A DNA stretch of 64,000 bases from NCBI GenBank assembly GCA_000182565.2, contig KQ257457.1; one strand, 5' to 3'. Both the position numbers and the translations under genes were made by a program. This DNA comes from Spizellomyces punctatus DAOM BR117. Lineage: Eukaryota. Shown here piece by piece: positions 25,655-40,519 of the stretch. Position 1 is the stretch's first letter. Each line of letters starts with the position of its first letter. Under the pieces are notes generated by a model. It had not been told where the DNA came from and did no database searches. It saw only the letters and a program-made list of their open reading frames with translations.

Positions 25655-28600
25655 CTAAGATTTCATATTACTCAGAATATTATCCACTACCAGTTGAATG
25701 GCTTCTTCCACCGTTTGAGGCTTCTCAAGAGTTCCAACCCACAAAGTTGGTGATTTACCACCCTCTCCAGGAAAGAGCTGATCAAGAGTCCGCGCAATAA
25801 ACTTTTGTGCCTTTTCCTCAATCAGAACAGAGGAAGATTGAAGAGCAGACATGCGGGCTTTAAGATATGTCAACACGACAGAGGTCATGTAGACCGTACT
25901 AAAGAGATTGTCGTCTATATTCCGTGGAATATCGGCTTTGAGACTTGCCAAGCCCTCGGATACTGCTTCAGCAGTAAGGCCAAGAATTTGGATAAGGCGA
26001 TCGCTTTTTGGCCAGGATCCAGCAAACGACTGTTCGGCAGTGATCAAATGGAGTAAGGCATGAGGGTCTGATGATGGCTTTGGAGCACTTTGCAAAGACG
26101 GCGGTGCGCAAGGCAATGCTGGTGCCACAGCACCTCCAGGTGCACCAGATCCTCCAAACATGGGAGCCATCGCGGAGCTCAATTGCAAAGGTTCACTGTC
26201 CATAGCCACCTCATCTGCAACGTCCTCGTACTCCACATCGTCCTCCTCGGAATCCTCATCGTTCTCAGAGTCTGATCCACCTCGACAGCTCAGCGAGAAG
26301 CGAAGAAGGGACCCTATGTCGTCCGCCGGATCTTGGTAGCCACGTTCAACTGATCCAAATGTTACGTTGCTCGCGCCGTACCCTGACATGTAGGTTGCCT
26401 TGGGTACAGTAGAAAAACCGGCTCCAGATTTGCAAGAGCCGCCGCTACTTCGAATAGCGCTAAGCAAGTCTGCCTTGGAGGACTCAGTAAACGGTTTAGC
26501 TGCTCTGCATGATGCTGGTGGCGGTCGTGGTGGTGGTAAAGACGCAAGCGGTACCACACGTGGTTCAGCTGCTCCCCATGATGTTGCTGCTGCTGCTGCT
26601 GGTGGTGGTGGTGAAGGCGCATACGCTGCCAGACACGCCACCCGCTTCCGCATTCTGCCAGGACTCATTCGCCAATGCTGAGCGACTATATCTAATATCA
26701 AATCAACCAGGGTTAGTGTCACCGTTCAATAAACCACCAGCAATGCAAGGACATACCAGACACATCTATCTTGCGTTCGACCTTTGTTTCCTCATCGACA
26801 ACTATCCAGCTCGTATGCTTGCTGGCAAGATGATAGTGGACACCTAGTCTGACAACTTCCTGCTTGATCATGCTATCGGGTACCGCGACAAAACCTTTCT
26901 TCTCCAAGAAAGGTCCAATCCAGCTCCTGCCTTCTTCTAGATCTTGAATCAGTTTACGGGCAGCAAGGGTATGTACCATGGGTGTGTCTCCTGAGGAAGA
27001 AAGCCTAACAACTGGCACCTCTAATTCCACTGGCCCGTCTGGAGTGCTGCCCGTAAGTAGTACTTTGGATGGAATCTGAATGGTTGGCGCCAAGATAGCG
27101 TAAGTCACGAAACGGAATCCAGGGAACAAGGGCGGAATTTGGAATGGAGCTGTCTGGACATCGCGCTTCAAATCGGGGATTGAAAGTGGAGGTGGAGATT
27201 TGGAGGCAATTGGGTTTGGGTTGAATAGATTGATGACTGTTGGCTGTGATTCCTTCTCAGAGCTGACGGTAGTAGCTTCCGTGCTTGGGTTGATAATTTC
27301 AAAATCGTCGTCAACACTTTTGGCTTCAACCCACGAGATGCGAAGGTTTGTAATCGGAGGAATCAGTGCTGCTTTCAGCATCTTTACAACTTTTTCCTAA
27401 TGGCAAAAAGGTTATCAGAATGGCTGTCCATTTTATGAGCAAGACTTTTCGCAGACCTACCTCCATTCTTTCGTTTGACAGCACAAATTGGGCAAAACCT
27501 TGACCTGCTCTCGATAACCCCTCAACAAGGTGATGAGACACGGCATCGCCAACCCCGAGCGAAAAGACTCTCACGAACGGCTCTTTTCTCTCTTGGGCAT
27601 CATTAACAGCAGATTCGATCTGTTTAATAACCTCAAGTACGTTTGTTACTTCTCCATCCGTGAGCACGAAAATCTGCGTTGGCATCTTCTTATTCCTATT
27701 CTTCAATACTGTCGATAATGCGCTAGCTATTTCCGTGCCACCCATGTCCGCTTGCATATCGCCAACAGCTCGTAGTGCAAGCCCGAGATTCTCTTCAGTG
27801 TACTCGTACGACGTTGGGAAAAGCGATGTATGAGTAGATCCAAACGAAACAATGTTGAAGAAATGGCCATGAGGGATCGAGCGGAGAAACAACTGAAGAG
27901 CTGTTTTGGCCTGCTCAATTTGACGGCCTTGCATGGAGCCTGATCTATCAATGATAAACACAAGTTCGCTCGTGCGGATTTCGGTAAGTGCGAAGCGGGG
28001 GCTCAGGGTTAACGCCAGCGCGTTAGTGCCTTCCGTAGGATGCGGTTCGGCAACGCAATGTGGTTCATCTACACCCTTGGCCTTGACAAGAAACACAAAG
28101 TCCCCATTGAGAAAGGTGTCCGAAATGAATCCTGCACCTGCTTTACAAGGATCTCGAGGCTGAGACTCATCGTCTCCTCCCAGCGAGATCTCCATTGAAT
28201 GTGATGGAGACTTTACGGAGAGAATTGGATATGTCATCTCACAACGCACGGATATGTTTAGCAACGTCCCCGCGGGTTGCGATCCTGCCTCTGCGGGATG
28301 TGGTATGGATCCAGAATTGTAACGAGGTGCAATTGTTGTTGGAAGGACCAAACGAAGCTGATCTGCTTGAGCATCCCCCTTGAGCTCTGAGATGTATCTC
28401 AAATGGATGGTTACGACCTTTCCAGCAGGTATGTTACCAATTGAAGTTTGGAATACTGGAGAAAGTACTTTATTAGCTCACATTCAGTTAAACAGATACA
28501 AGGTCAATTTTCCTCGTTTACTCACCATCAGCGCTATGGCTCTCTAGTAACGATGCTAATTTGCCTTCATCAACTGCCTTCTGAAAGTCCTTTTTAGCCT

Positions 28601-28959
28601 CTGTCAATAATACTATGCGTTAGCTTCTCCGAAAGAGCAAAATAATACAAAGATTTCTCACCTTCTTTTTCCTTGACCTCTCCTCGAGCCTTTCGTCCAT
28701 CTATTTCAACTTCAAAATCACATACAGCGGCACCTTCGTAAAGTGGAAAGATATATACGGCATCTACTGCCGCCTCATTGAAGCTATTTTGATAACTTTG
28801 CTCGACCAAGACCGATGCGACAGAGTCACGCACAGTGGCAACAGCATTAACGTAAGTTAACTTTGCGGTTTGCGGTTGAGGTTGCGGGTCGACACCGCCA
28901 GATATCTGTAGATACAGTCCGCATCTACCAGCATAAGGCTTTAGGAATGACGACAACAT
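25655..28959 (-). CDS. VIT + vWA domain protein (VWA5A-like)
   Basis: VIT domain (AVYIFPLYEGAAVCDFEVEIDGR), MIDAS motif (FIIDRSGSMQG...MGGTE...VLTDG), VHTLAARKLIQDLEEG, LASKHTSW, LITAEQSFAGSW. Confidence 0.92.
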
Positions 28960-29338
28960 TTTCGATTGGCAATTGCTTTGATTGAGATGCGATGAAATTC
29001 AATTGTAGGGAGGAGATGCCAGGAACGCATTGCTTTTATAGATCTCAGCGGGCTGTGGGGAAGTTGCGTGTGTCGCGTAACTCAGCGTTGGTTACGTGAT
29101 CGCCAAGACCTCCAGCAGCGCCTCGCCACGTAACGAAAAACACTTCTAGACGGCAAAGCCACTCCTGCAAGTATCACTGGAAAGTCATTCCATGGCGTAC
29201 GTGTGCAGTTTACTGGCGACTTTCTTTTCTCGCCGCACATTTTGTTTGGCCTTTCAAATTCTTTCCAGTTCATCCAGAAGAGTTGGCAAGTCATATGTAA
29301 CAGAGGGCATCAGATATACTGTGTACTTGATATCAACC

Positions 29339-29412
29339 GCCTCCTTGGCTCAGTTGGTTAGAGCGTCTGCCTAGTAAGCAGAAGGTCCCGCGTTCGAATC
29401 GCGGAGGAGGCA
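29339..29412 (+). tRNA. tRNA-Thr (AGU), intronless
   Basis: Acceptor stem GCCTCCT/AGGAGGC, A box TGGCTCAGTTGG, anticodon arm TCTGC-CTAGTAA-GCAGA, T loop GTTCGAATC, oligo-T terminator at ~29430. Confidence 0.97.
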
Positions 29413-30104
29413 TCACTGTTGTGGACCCCTTTTTTTGCTGATACTTTGTTTGAAAGTTTCTGCCAAGGAAAGTTCCACATGAGCTTTTTTATCATGAAAA
29501 TCAGAAGGTTCGCCTATATGTGTAGGTTTCATTGTTGGTGTCAATTGCTGGGTGCAAACATGTGGTTTGTGCATGATCAAATCCTTTACGAAAATGGGCT
29601 ATGGCATTTATGATTCTAGATGTATCTGCTGATCCCCGAGAATCAACAAGAAAAACAAAACTTCCTTTGTTTCCATTTGTTGAAACACAAAGCAAGCGGT
29701 CTTGCGGTGAGGGCAAACCCTTCAACTGTCCACGACCACTTGAAAAGGGCACGACGACAGGTCGCTTGAATCCCCCAAACAACACATTCTATTTTCAGTT
29801 GATGCAAATGAAATTCCTACCAAAAATAGTATCAATCTAACGCACAGTTCGCCCCCCCGTCACCCGCCGCCGTGGTCATTTCCGCTAGCCGCGTGTGTGT
29901 TTGTTTGTTTGTCGTTTGCATGACCGCTCCTTCGTTTCGACCTCTTGACGGCGAGTTGATAAAACTGCGCGAAGAGCGTTCAAGCCCCTCATCCGTTCAT
30001 TCCATAATTTCCGTGTCTTTTTTTTCAAGTGACCTCTTAGGAAAAACAAGCCCATCAGAACCTCATCTTCTTTTCCTTTGCTTGACAAAGGCTACTTTTC
30101 GACC

Positions 30105-31061
30105 ATGTCGTCAAGCCATGGGTTCAACCTGACAAGTCTCCTCAAGATTACCTCAAATTATACAGTATCGCATGGATTAGATGGATATTGGGGCCCAGTG
30201 ACCTCCACGCTAGACTGGTGCGAAGAGAACTATATCGTCTCCCCATACCTTGCCGAATACTGGAACTCGACTACCAACCTCGTCTTCCTTGTCTGGCCTT
30301 TGATTGGGCTGTATTCCTGCTGGAAGACGGGAGCGGAAAAGAGATTTTGGGCAAGTTTTGCTGCTTTGATGTGCGTGGGGACAGGAAGTTTCCTCTTCCA
30401 TGGAACCCTGCGATACGCTATGCAGCTTTTGGATGAGCTTCCCATGGCGATGGGCACTTGTGTCTTTGTCTACTGCCAGTAAGTGTCCATAAAATGCAAA
30501 ATGTACATGGTATTTGTCCCTTCCCGGACTGACCATATTTCTATTTCCCTTAGCCTTCAAATGTTTTCCAAGAAGCTCTCGCCCTCCATCATCCTTGGTC
30601 TCTTCCTTACCTTCCTTCTGACCTGTACAGCTTATCTCGTCATCCAAACGCCGATTCTATTCCAAGCGGCCTTTGCCACCCTAACGCTCCTCCAACTCTT
30701 CATCGGCCTTTACAACCTTTACAAAATTTCCAAAGTCAACCCGAAAGCTGGTCGGACCCTGGGCAGAATGACGGCAGTCTGCGTCGCTTCCATGTTGACA
30801 GCCTTTGTCCTTTGGAACACTGATCAATTGCACTGTGGTACCATTCAGGAACACCGCAATCGGTTGGGTTATCCTTTCCGAGTCGGGTTGGAACTACACG
30901 CTTGGTGGCACTTGTTGACAGGGTACAGTGGGTATACTAGTGTAGTAGCCAGTCAATACGGCAGAGCTCTTGCCCTTGGACGGGAGGATGTTAGTTTGAC
31001 ATGGGTATGTGGAATATTGCCAGTTTGTGTAAGTAGAACCGACAAGATAAAGCATGCGTAG
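30105..31061 (+). CDS. Alkaline ceramidase (YPC1/YDC1/ACER3 family)
   Basis: GYWGPVTSTLDWCEENY, VGTGSFLFHGTLRYAMQLLDELPM, ELHAWWHLLTG; one intron at ~30479-30554. Confidence 0.95.
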
Positions 31062-31492
31062 ACATCCAATGTAGATATGCATAGTCTGTAACTATAGTAG
31101 TACTAAATGAGCTATAATAATACGCTATATCATATGGAGACTTCTTTACTTTGTCATTGAGCGCTGCTTGATATGCAAAAGGTATCCTTATTTACATCAA
31201 ACACCAGCTCTGGTTGCTTGTTTTGACCACGTTTTTTTCCATTACCACATCATTAGATAATCACGCTTACACACCACGCGTCTCGTCTGCTCCCCCAAAA
31301 GTCCGATCGCGACCCAGTCCGACATTCTTTCACGGAGCGCAGCGGTGATAGCGATTAGAGGGTGTGGCTTCTTTGTTAGCTCATTGTATTTTATATATTA
31401 AGGCAAGAAAGGAACATCCTCGGCGCCAGACAGAGTCCACGTATACAACGATTTATCCTTCGGTTTTTGCCTAACCTTTGTGGAGCTTGGGC

Positions 31493-32566
31493 ATGATGTA
31501 TTTCCAGCCAGCACCCGCACCTGCTGCGGAGCCTTTCGACGCTCCACTGACTCGCCCAACGGAAATTCCATTCAAGCCTGACGTCCCTTTTCCTCCGTCT
31601 CTGTGCCCTCCCGCTCACTTACCTACCACCTCACACCAACCCGCACAACACTATGCGTCCTTGACCTGGGGCAAAGAAATGTCTTCATCGGGTTACCCAA
31701 CCCACGCAGCTAACCAAACGGTTCCTGTTCCCGTTCAATTACATGTCCCCTATCCTCAGCCATTTATCACTGCGCCCGCCGCGGACGTTGTTGGACCCTC
31801 GGCCGCTGTGAGTCCCATGCCAGTGTCAGCACCCGTCGCTCAGGGATGGACTGCCGAGTCGTCCACCGGATACACTAGCACCAAAAAAGCTCGTCGTTCA
31901 TCCCGACCACAATTGAGTAGCGTCCACTGGCAAGGGCCTCCTGCACCTGCTACCTGCATGCAGCAGCAGACCCAATCCATTTCCAACCATCAGCACAATA
32001 TTGATTTCTCCCGACGCTATTCTATGGGCAGCACTGCACCCACGTCTCCCCCACCCATGTCGCAGGGCGCACCAGTCCCATTCCGGAAGGACTCTCTCCA
32101 GCCTCAACACCCACCGTCCTACTCAGCACAACCACAGCAACCGCCCATGCAACGCCGCTACACTTATCACTTGGGGGATGACGATGTCCCTTTACGACCT
32201 GTAAGATCGTATTTTCGCTGAAAAATAGCTATACCTGTCTAAATTGCCCAATTTTCAGCAAGGAATAGCTGGATGGGCTTCATCCATCATGAACCGAGTC
32301 GATTCGGTCGGAAACAAGATTGTGGATGCATTGGGATTTGGGGCACCGATGAGTACCGCTCCTTGGGACATGCGACACAAGGTATGTCATTCGTCACTCT
32401 TCCGTATGGATTAGCAAGGAATTTGAACCCTAGGTTAAATTAATTGCAGTATGATCAGGCACCACTAACCCACGTCGGGGTTGCGCGACCGTCTGGTGAG
32501 AAGGGTGCAAGTCCAGTCAAGCATGCAGCTTTGCATCAGTCCTACGATCCATCTGCTCTCGTTTAA
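31493..32566 (+). CDS. Pro/Gln-rich protein of unknown function
   Basis: Long Pro-rich exon, then two GT-AG introns (~32200-32258, ~32382-32448) keeping frame to TAA at 32564-32566; TATA-like element at ~31392. Confidence 0.65.
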
Positions 32567-32808
32567 CTCGGTGGAGAGTGTGAAACAAACAGATGTAATC
32601 TGGCAAAACACTTTGATCCGGAAGCGCGAAAACTGTGTACATCATTACGGTCGACCTCATGATAAGAATCAGAAGTAGGGACTAGGCTGAATAGACATTC
32701 CTAAACTCCATTGTTTTGGTGCAAAAGGAAAACATCATGCTGGATTTACAAATAAAATGCATACGATCTACAAGTACCATAGCCCCGTTCCCGCAAGTTC
32801 TTTTGCAT

Positions 32809-35800
32809 CTACCCTACTACTTCTTCTCCAGCGACCGCCTGCTCATTCCCACCTTCGCCAGTATCTTCCAAATTGTGAAGCTTCCTCCCTACTAAAAATT
32901 CTTCTTCTTTAACTTGCTCCATCCATCTCTTTACAAAACCCACAAGTACCCAAAGAATGCCTCCAAGGAGTGACGAGAGCAGTGCACCGGGGAAAACCCA
33001 CCGTAACGCATCGGTTGATACGGTGCCGTCCTTTACCATCATCTGCATCAGAATCCCTAGGGCCCAAGGGCCAGCTGCCAGTCCAATGCATATAGCAACT
33101 AACGGGAACAAGACCTTTTGCCAGATGGGACCAACACGTAAACGGCGTACGCCACCCCGAACTAACTCTGTCAGCACCCGCTTAACTTCCGTGTCTGGTC
33201 CCACCATCACTAGCGCCCACGCTATCTTCATGTATACAGCTCCCAGAGCCCAGTCCTGAAGCACTGCCTGAACCAATGCTCTTGTCGGAGGACCACCGGC
33301 GGTCCGTGGAGCGGTATGGCCATCAACCACAGACGCGCGCCCAGTACCCAATGGCCGGAAGGGCTGTATTAGGTACAGATCAAATACCAAGCCCNNNNNN
33401 NNNNNNNNNNNNNNNNNNNNNNNNNNNNNNNNNNNNNNNNNNNNNNNNNNNNNNNNNNNNNNNNNNNNNNNNNNNNNNNNNNNNNNNNNNNNNNNNNNNN
33501 NNNNNNNNNNNNNNNNNNNNNNNNNNNNNNNNNNNNNNNNNNNNNNNNNNNNNNNNNNNNNNNNNNNNNNNNNNNNNNNNNNNNNNNNNNNNNNNNNNNN
33601 NNNNNNNNNNNNNNNNNNNNNNNNNNNNNNNNNNNNNNNNNNNNNNNNNNNNNNNNNNNNNNNNNNNNNNNNNNNNNNNNNNNNNNNNNNNNNNTGAACC
33701 GGAAGGTCCGGGCGAATGGCTCTCCGAGGGAGAACGTCGCTTGTCGTGGGGTTTGCCGGTGCAAAAACGTCTAATTCAGGTAGGCATTGGAAGATTTCGA
33801 TGGATATGATACGCCCGAGATACACTGATGAATCGACACGTTCGGATGAATAATGAGCGAATCAATGTATAAATGCCTGAATGTTACTTCACTTACGTGG
33901 TCCCACTATCACGGTTGTCATTAGAACCACTCCACAAACCCACTGAAATAGCAACAGTACCGCAATCTGAAATCCGAAACAATGGGTATTTAGTACGACC
34001 GTGAGTTGCAGCGTTGGACATGAGTCCTAGTCTTGTAGATGTGTGCAAATCAAAACTCACCCTGATCTTGAATCTGTCCGGAACATACACCTTTGTCCAG
34101 TTGACTCTCACTTCCTCCTCGGTTTCACCCTCTCTACCCATCAGCCCTTCTCCAAACTTGAGTGGTATCAACATCTTCTGCCCGGCAATTACTTCTACAT
34201 GATCGTGGTTGGGCACCCTCATATATCGATACTCCCGTCGAGGTCGCCATCTCTTACGTTTTATGCCGGTTGTTGTGGATGGCGGAGTCCTTGGACCCGG
34301 CCCGTTAAGAACAATCACTTCCTCATCCTCCCACTCATCATCGGCGTCATCAGCACGGTCAGAGCTTGATGAGCCTGCACTTGTAGGAAGAGGTTGCTCC
34401 TGCGAGTGGGCAGGGGCTGCTGGCTGCTCGACCGTTCCATTGCCCTCCAACGATGGACTATCTGCGCTCGCGCTAGGGGCTGCCTCATCGTGATACACTA
34501 TTTCCTCTGTGGCATCGTTTACTTCAACCTCGACCTCATCATCTGATTCCTCATCTTTGTGAGCACCCCCAAATAGGAAACTCGTTAAGCGTAGCCTTCT
34601 CGCAGTCCATCTGAACCATTGATCGACCAGCCAACGGAGAATGCGTTTGGGACGGATCCACGCGACGGTCCACGGCACCACGAAGTGAAAAATCAGCAGG
34701 TCAATAGGAAATTCTGACACCGGGATGCTAAAAGGGGCGAGTTCGGTAAATAAACTCGTGGATACCGGACACACTCACATGGGTCTCAATGGACTCACCT
34801 AAGATCCCATTGTAAAGGCCAAATTTTCCCGGGACCCTCTTTTATACCAAAAAGTCGATCTATACTCCATACAAGAGAAACAAAACCGCCTACACCTCCC
34901 AGAACCATGCCAGCATACATTATAGTTCCAACAGCCAGCTTCCTGAGTTGTGTCAGAACCGGGCGTTCTAAAATGTCGTTCATAGGATGAAACTGCGGAT
35001 CGTTGGGGTCTCGAATAAACCACATCACACCAGGTCGAACGATCTCGCGAACAGTCGAAACGTACAAAGCAAACTGGAACATGAAAGTTGTACCTGCCAG
35101 CCAGTGGAGGAACTCTGACGTCCAAGGATGAGCATTGTAAAAAGCCCAGCGGGAAGCGATTGTGGCGCTAGGGCCAAACACTGGAAGGGTACATATATCA
35201 ATGAGGACGCCGCAGAAAAAGGGGAAAATTCCCAATTCGATAGTAAGGAAGAATGAAAACTGCCATTATTTAAAAGTGAGTCGGGTACAACCTATTGAAC
35301 GTCAGAATAGTAAATAAGCATACCTTTGCGGCCATGATCACATATAGGACCCATTTCATCATGATACGCTTCACGGTTTGAGCGTACGGATGCTGCAGCA
35401 AGCCTGTTCTTCTCTAGAGCATTCAGAGTGATCCCATGTTACCGTAAGCGCAATGATCGAAAAGAGCAGACGCGAGAATCTTACGGCATAGTCCATGATG
35501 AAGAAGCCATGGGTAGTGTACCCAACAGCTGTAAACAAAACCTTGTCCGGAACACCCGCCACCCTTTTCCCCTTTCGGCCGTCCCCGCCTGTGGTCTTCC
35601 TGTCGGCAGCGCGTTTTTTCAAGTTTTCCATAGCGTCCTTTTCCCTGGCTGCTTCCGGAGAACCTTCTGGCAGATCTGCAGACCCATTACTGGCAGATCC
35701 TTCTGGTGAAACATCGGCAGCGTCCTTCACGGTGGCTTCGTTTCTAATGAACCCATCTCCAAGCTCTTCCACCTGCGCCTCCAGATCGGCTACTTGTTCC

Positions 35801-38545
35801 ATCAACTCGAGGACATTCGCATGGACAGGCACTTTCACGTCATTTACCGGTGCTACACCTGCTCTGATGCCTGTTCCAACCTCATTAACACCTTCAGTCA
35901 GGTTTTTTGGAAGAACATCCGTCACATTGTAGGAGGTCAGATTTCCTTTCACGGTGCCAAGTCCTTCTCGCCATTTGCCACCCCGTCCCGCTCTGATACC
36001 AAGGAGTCTGATGCACCACACGGTAACGTCTACAACCGGGTCTAGCACGGGATCAGTTACCTTCTGCAGGCTTCCGACGATCCACTCAAGACTCGGTGCA
36101 TAAATATCCTTAATGAGCCACACCATGAAGCGTCCTGTGAGATAAGGCCATAGTACACCAATACCCAATGCTACTATGATGACTAGCAAAACCATGGTGA
36201 CATTTTGCGCCAGATTTTCCAGAGGGCCTTGTACCCCGACTAGCTCTAAGAATGCGTTGACATCGTTGTTGTCAGCGTTTGGATTCGGATCCACCACAGG
36301 GGCAGGTGGAGCTGGCGCTTGTGCAGGCGGGGGAGGAAGTTGCGGCTGTTCCACTGGTGGCCGCTGTATTGGGGGCATGACGGGTACGGGCGCCATGCCA
36401 AGCGCGGGTGTGTTTTCTGGGCGAAATCCATTCGGCACTTGACCTGCAGGCGGCCCCAAATCAGACATTGAGGAGCGCCTTCTCCTGTAGGTCTCCAGAT
36501 CCGTTTCAGCGTGCTGTAACCTAACAGCACTGAGGCTTCTTGGTAGATGAGCTGAACCACTTTGACCCTGGAAGACCCTGTTTTCTGGCAGTCCGGTATC
36601 CCATCCAAAGTTGTGCTCCGCATCCATATGGATAGAGGACGCTTTACCATTTCCTTCGCTAGCCTCAACGTGAAAAGAGCTCGAGGCGTCCCCTGAACTT
36701 GGCTGTGCATCATGTGATGCACTTTGAGCCAGTGTCAAAGCGTCCGATCTACCGCCCTCCAGTTCGTTTGCGGATGTTGCTGTATTTTTGCCCTTTCCAG
36801 TTTCCGAGCCGGCAGAATGCCTTTCTCGATATTGTTTCTCATCATAAATTGCAGCTGAAATGAGTTTTCTTTCTCTCTCAATCAAGTCAGAATCGTTTAA
36901 TCCTGGGAAGGGTGTCCGAGCACCATCAGAGAGTGAGTTTGTTGACAGCTTATTCGTGCTTCCGAGGTCTGAGGTTCCTTCAAAGTCAGCTACTGAGCCA
37001 TTTATCTCGCCCCCGGTCACCTCTGATGAAGATAAACGATCGTCACGTAGCGCAGACCAATGGTTGTCAGAAGACGTCCCGATATTGATTAAACGATTAT
37101 TCGGACCAGCGTACTCGTTCTGCTCGTCCTCCAGCGATCTAACCGCCCCATACTCAAGCCGCTCGCCAACATTACCTCGAGGAGCTCTCGTGGTAAGACT
37201 GCTTTCCTGGTCATTACCCAAGATACGTGCAGCTTTGCCATGGGAAAATGCATCATAATCCGTCTTAGTATGTGGTCTTCCATCCACATCTTCGCCGTTC
37301 TGCTGCAGACCAGTTTTACGGTGTTGTGCATTGGAAGGTTCGCCCAAATCGTAACCAGCAATCATATTTGCGGGTTTAGCTTCGCCTTCGTCCTGCTGTC
37401 CTTCGTCTCTTCGTTCCACTGGGTTCGGTTCTATGAATGGGGCGCCTTCTGCTTGATCCATTTGCTCACGAGGATGTACATCATTCAAGGGTAATCTATC
37501 CCTTCTGACAAATATGGGCTGCACAGGCCTATCTACCAATGGAGGTGCTTCTGCCATCGCTGCTGCTTCATCTGGAACATTCACCGGATTTCCTTGGGGA
37601 TCCACAGGCGTATTCATAACAACGTACTCCTTCAAACACAGGAACGCGAGACAAATGACAACCGCTACGGATGCTATAATCTGCCCCTCAAACACATCGG
37701 TAAAAAAGGTACTAACGCATTGGATCAAAATCTGTTCACGAAATATGATAGATACCGTACTTTAGAACGTACTTCAGTATTTTTCGATAGTCTGCCGCGT
37801 TCAGATTGCTGGGATGAGCTACCCCATCAACAACATCGATCAGATCGGTTCTCGTCTCATTTCCAGGGGATATAGTGTTTACTGGCGCCCAAATAGTTTT
37901 GTAAATCGCAACAGCTTGCCAAACCATCGTACTCCCAGCACCGACAGAATTGAAGAGAAACCGTGGATTGAAGTAGATCCTCCAAACCCAAACTGTGAAA
38001 TACGGAACCCATATGAGCCACACGAACGCGGCGAAAAACACGCGGAGATAAAGGCGAGCAAGCGACACAATTCGGCGCGACACTATAGACAAGAAAAACC
38101 ACACGGATATTCGTTCGGGTGCTCGGTCTGAATAGACTTTTGATTTCAAGTAGTTAGGTGTAGCCTGATTTAAGGACCTGCGCAAGTCAATCGTGCCACG
38201 TACTGGGGGTGAACGCGAAGGCATGATTACAGATTTCGCATTGTCGCTTCCTGCTATGTTGGAGCCATTCTTCCAAGCTGAAGAGGAGCGTTAATGATAC
38301 AACGGGCAGCTCAGGTTTGATTAGATTTGTTGTGAGGTACCTACCAATCTTGGTGAACGTATTTCATACTCCCGGAACACTTGCAAGGGTAATAGAGAGG
38401 TTGGTCCGGAGTAGAGGGACACCGACACACTCTGCAAATCTCCACTATTTTCGTTTCATTTCGAGGAAACAGTGAGCGAACCAATGCAGACAGTTCCGAT
38501 AGATAATTGAGCACTGTTCCCACCTTCTTCCTCGTCCCCCGCCAT
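32809..38545 (-). CDS. DOA10: RING-CH membrane E3 ubiquitin ligase Doa10/MARCH6
   Basis: RINGv ([31 protein letters not shown]), [21 protein letters not shown] domain ([14 protein letters not shown]...HWL.GT.FMF...[18 protein letters not shown]), C-terminal element [11 protein letters not shown]. Interrupted by the N gap. Confidence 0.95.
33395..33694. other. Assembly gap (300 N) inside DOA10
   Basis: Run of N characters. Confidence 1.
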
Positions 38546-39300
38546 CGCACAATTCTTTGTCGCAGAGAGTTATATGGAATCTTTCGCTACTCAACTCTGG
38601 AACACTGGAATTGCGATAAGGTGAGGTGGATCTCGCCAACACCTGTCTGGAAAATGGATAACCCGCCCAATGAGTACCGCATACCCTCAAGTGTAGCTGC
38701 AACACCATGTATTACTACTCACATAAATGAATGGCAACAATAACAACCTCCGAATAGGAAGGTTGCTCTGAGCTGTCTACCCGTCCGGCGTTGGGAATCT
38801 CGTAGGTTGGCGAAAGTCTGGATAAACTCGTGAGATGACGGTCGTGGGCTTTTGTCATGATGGGCACGTGAGATGATGACTAAGCTCTGCAATGGAAACT
38901 GCTCCATGGACACTCAACACTTCCTCAAGCAGATAAATCTGGTCATGGGCACTGGGTATCCTGGTGCGTATGCAGCATTGCTGCGACACAGAGGTGGGGT
39001 TGTTTTCAACAACTTGAGGAACATGTCAATGGATCCAAGAGAACATCTTTTGGGCAGCAAATCTTTGTATTCCATGCATTAAGCTTTCCTTTCAATGCCT
39101 TCGATCTTCGGTTACCATGAACAATCGACCCTGCAGGTGTAGAAAACAGGTGCCGCCACCATTCATGGATGCGTTAAAGAACGGCCCATAATTTGACTGG
39201 CTAGTCATGGCAAGTCTTTAAGACTTCAACTCGCTGCTTGCATCGGTTTGAGAGCCGCATTCATTCAAAAATATCAATATGCCCAACCAAGCAAACCCCT

Positions 39301-40244
39301 TTACCCAACTCGCTGACACAATTCCACCAGTCGTTTGGCACCCAATACCCACTTTCCTTCCTGATCAAAACTTGTCGTCATCAACGCCATGACAATGGAA
39401 TGGCACGTAGTGTAGTCCTTGCTATTCAGTGCTAGATTGAGTAGCCGACAGGTCTGAGTAAACGGCACCCATAAAGGAAGATGAGGAATTGCCATACCTG
39501 TTGCAAGTTGCACTGCTGAAGCCAATACATGATTAGGCACCTGATCCGCCGAGAGCCGTTCGTAGAGATTTTCGAGTCGCTTATCCGTATCCTCGATCAT
39601 CCGCCGCTGGCTCGCCTAAATACATGGACATGGACAATCATGAGCATACAGCCAAAGCAGCGGCCCATCATACCCATTCAATTCCTTCTCACCTCTACCA
39701 CACCAGATTTCACTCTGTCCATAGCTGCAGTAAATGCGCCCACAATCAAACCCTTGGGATTTGCCACATCGTTCAAGACTGAGCTCGGATCGTCCAAACA
39801 TGCCACTGGCGCCGGACTAGCTGTTCCGGAAGTGGTACCAGATCCCGATTGTCCTTTTTTTCTCACCGCAATTCCCGTAACCATATGCGTCGGGAGATCA
39901 TTCCAACCGTTCAGTCCGGCAACGCCAGCTTGATAGTGACCTTGTGGCGGAGGAGTATTCCTCAAGTGCTCTGGGTATGCAGAATATGCTGTTCGTGGAG
40001 GCGCACTACTGTCAGCTGTGGGGGCGGGGGGAAGGAGAGGAGGAGGCGTGCCATATCCCGTCGTTGGCGGGGGAGTTCCATACTCTCCAGCCGGAGGCGC
40101 ATTCGTCGCCGCACCGTGCGCAATGATAGGTGGTCCTTGAAATAGAAGCCCACCCAGCGAAGGAGGAGCCGCTAGTGGTTGTGGATGCGACAGTTGCGCG
40201 TCAGAGTCTTGCAGCAGCTCTGGAGGAGATGGCTGGATAGTCAT
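39301..40244 (-). CDS. SRA1/Sec31-C-terminal-domain protein
   Basis: Pro-rich N-terminus, GWNDLP motif, then MIEDTDKRLENLYERL...LMTTSFDQEGKWVLGAKRLVEL; two introns. Confidence 0.75.
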
Positions 40245-40519
40245 GGCAAAAAAGAATGAGCAATTCCAAGATGCCAAACACACTCGCAGTTTGGTGGTCA
40301 GCGGCACAGTTGCGTGACTTGAGCTTACGCACGCTCTGGTAAGCGAATCCTCCGACACCCAGTTAGTCGAGGGTCGACCCGCTGTACTTTTCCCTGCTCT
40401 TCACGAGACTGTCGTCAACGATCCCCAACAAAATATGTCAACATCATCAATGTCTTCAAAGCAACAGCCGCATTCAAATAAGGTCCGCGTGACTTTGTTC
40501 TCGCCCTGTACATACCAGA

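Noticed and set aside
29339-29412. Local tRNA-Thr as primer for the retrotransposon
   Set aside because: Its 3' end would require the PBS TGGTGCCTCC; the observed PBS is TGGTGGAGAA.
31182-31190. GTATCCTT U12-type 5' splice-site look-alike
   Set aside because: Intergenic or 3'UTR position, not at an exon boundary; the introns I traced are ordinary GT-AG.
33276-33809. ORFs containing long X runs
   Set aside because: Artefacts of the 300-N assembly gap.
38560-39250. Short ORFs between DOA10 and the SRA1-like gene
   Set aside because: No motifs or coherent exon structure could be built.
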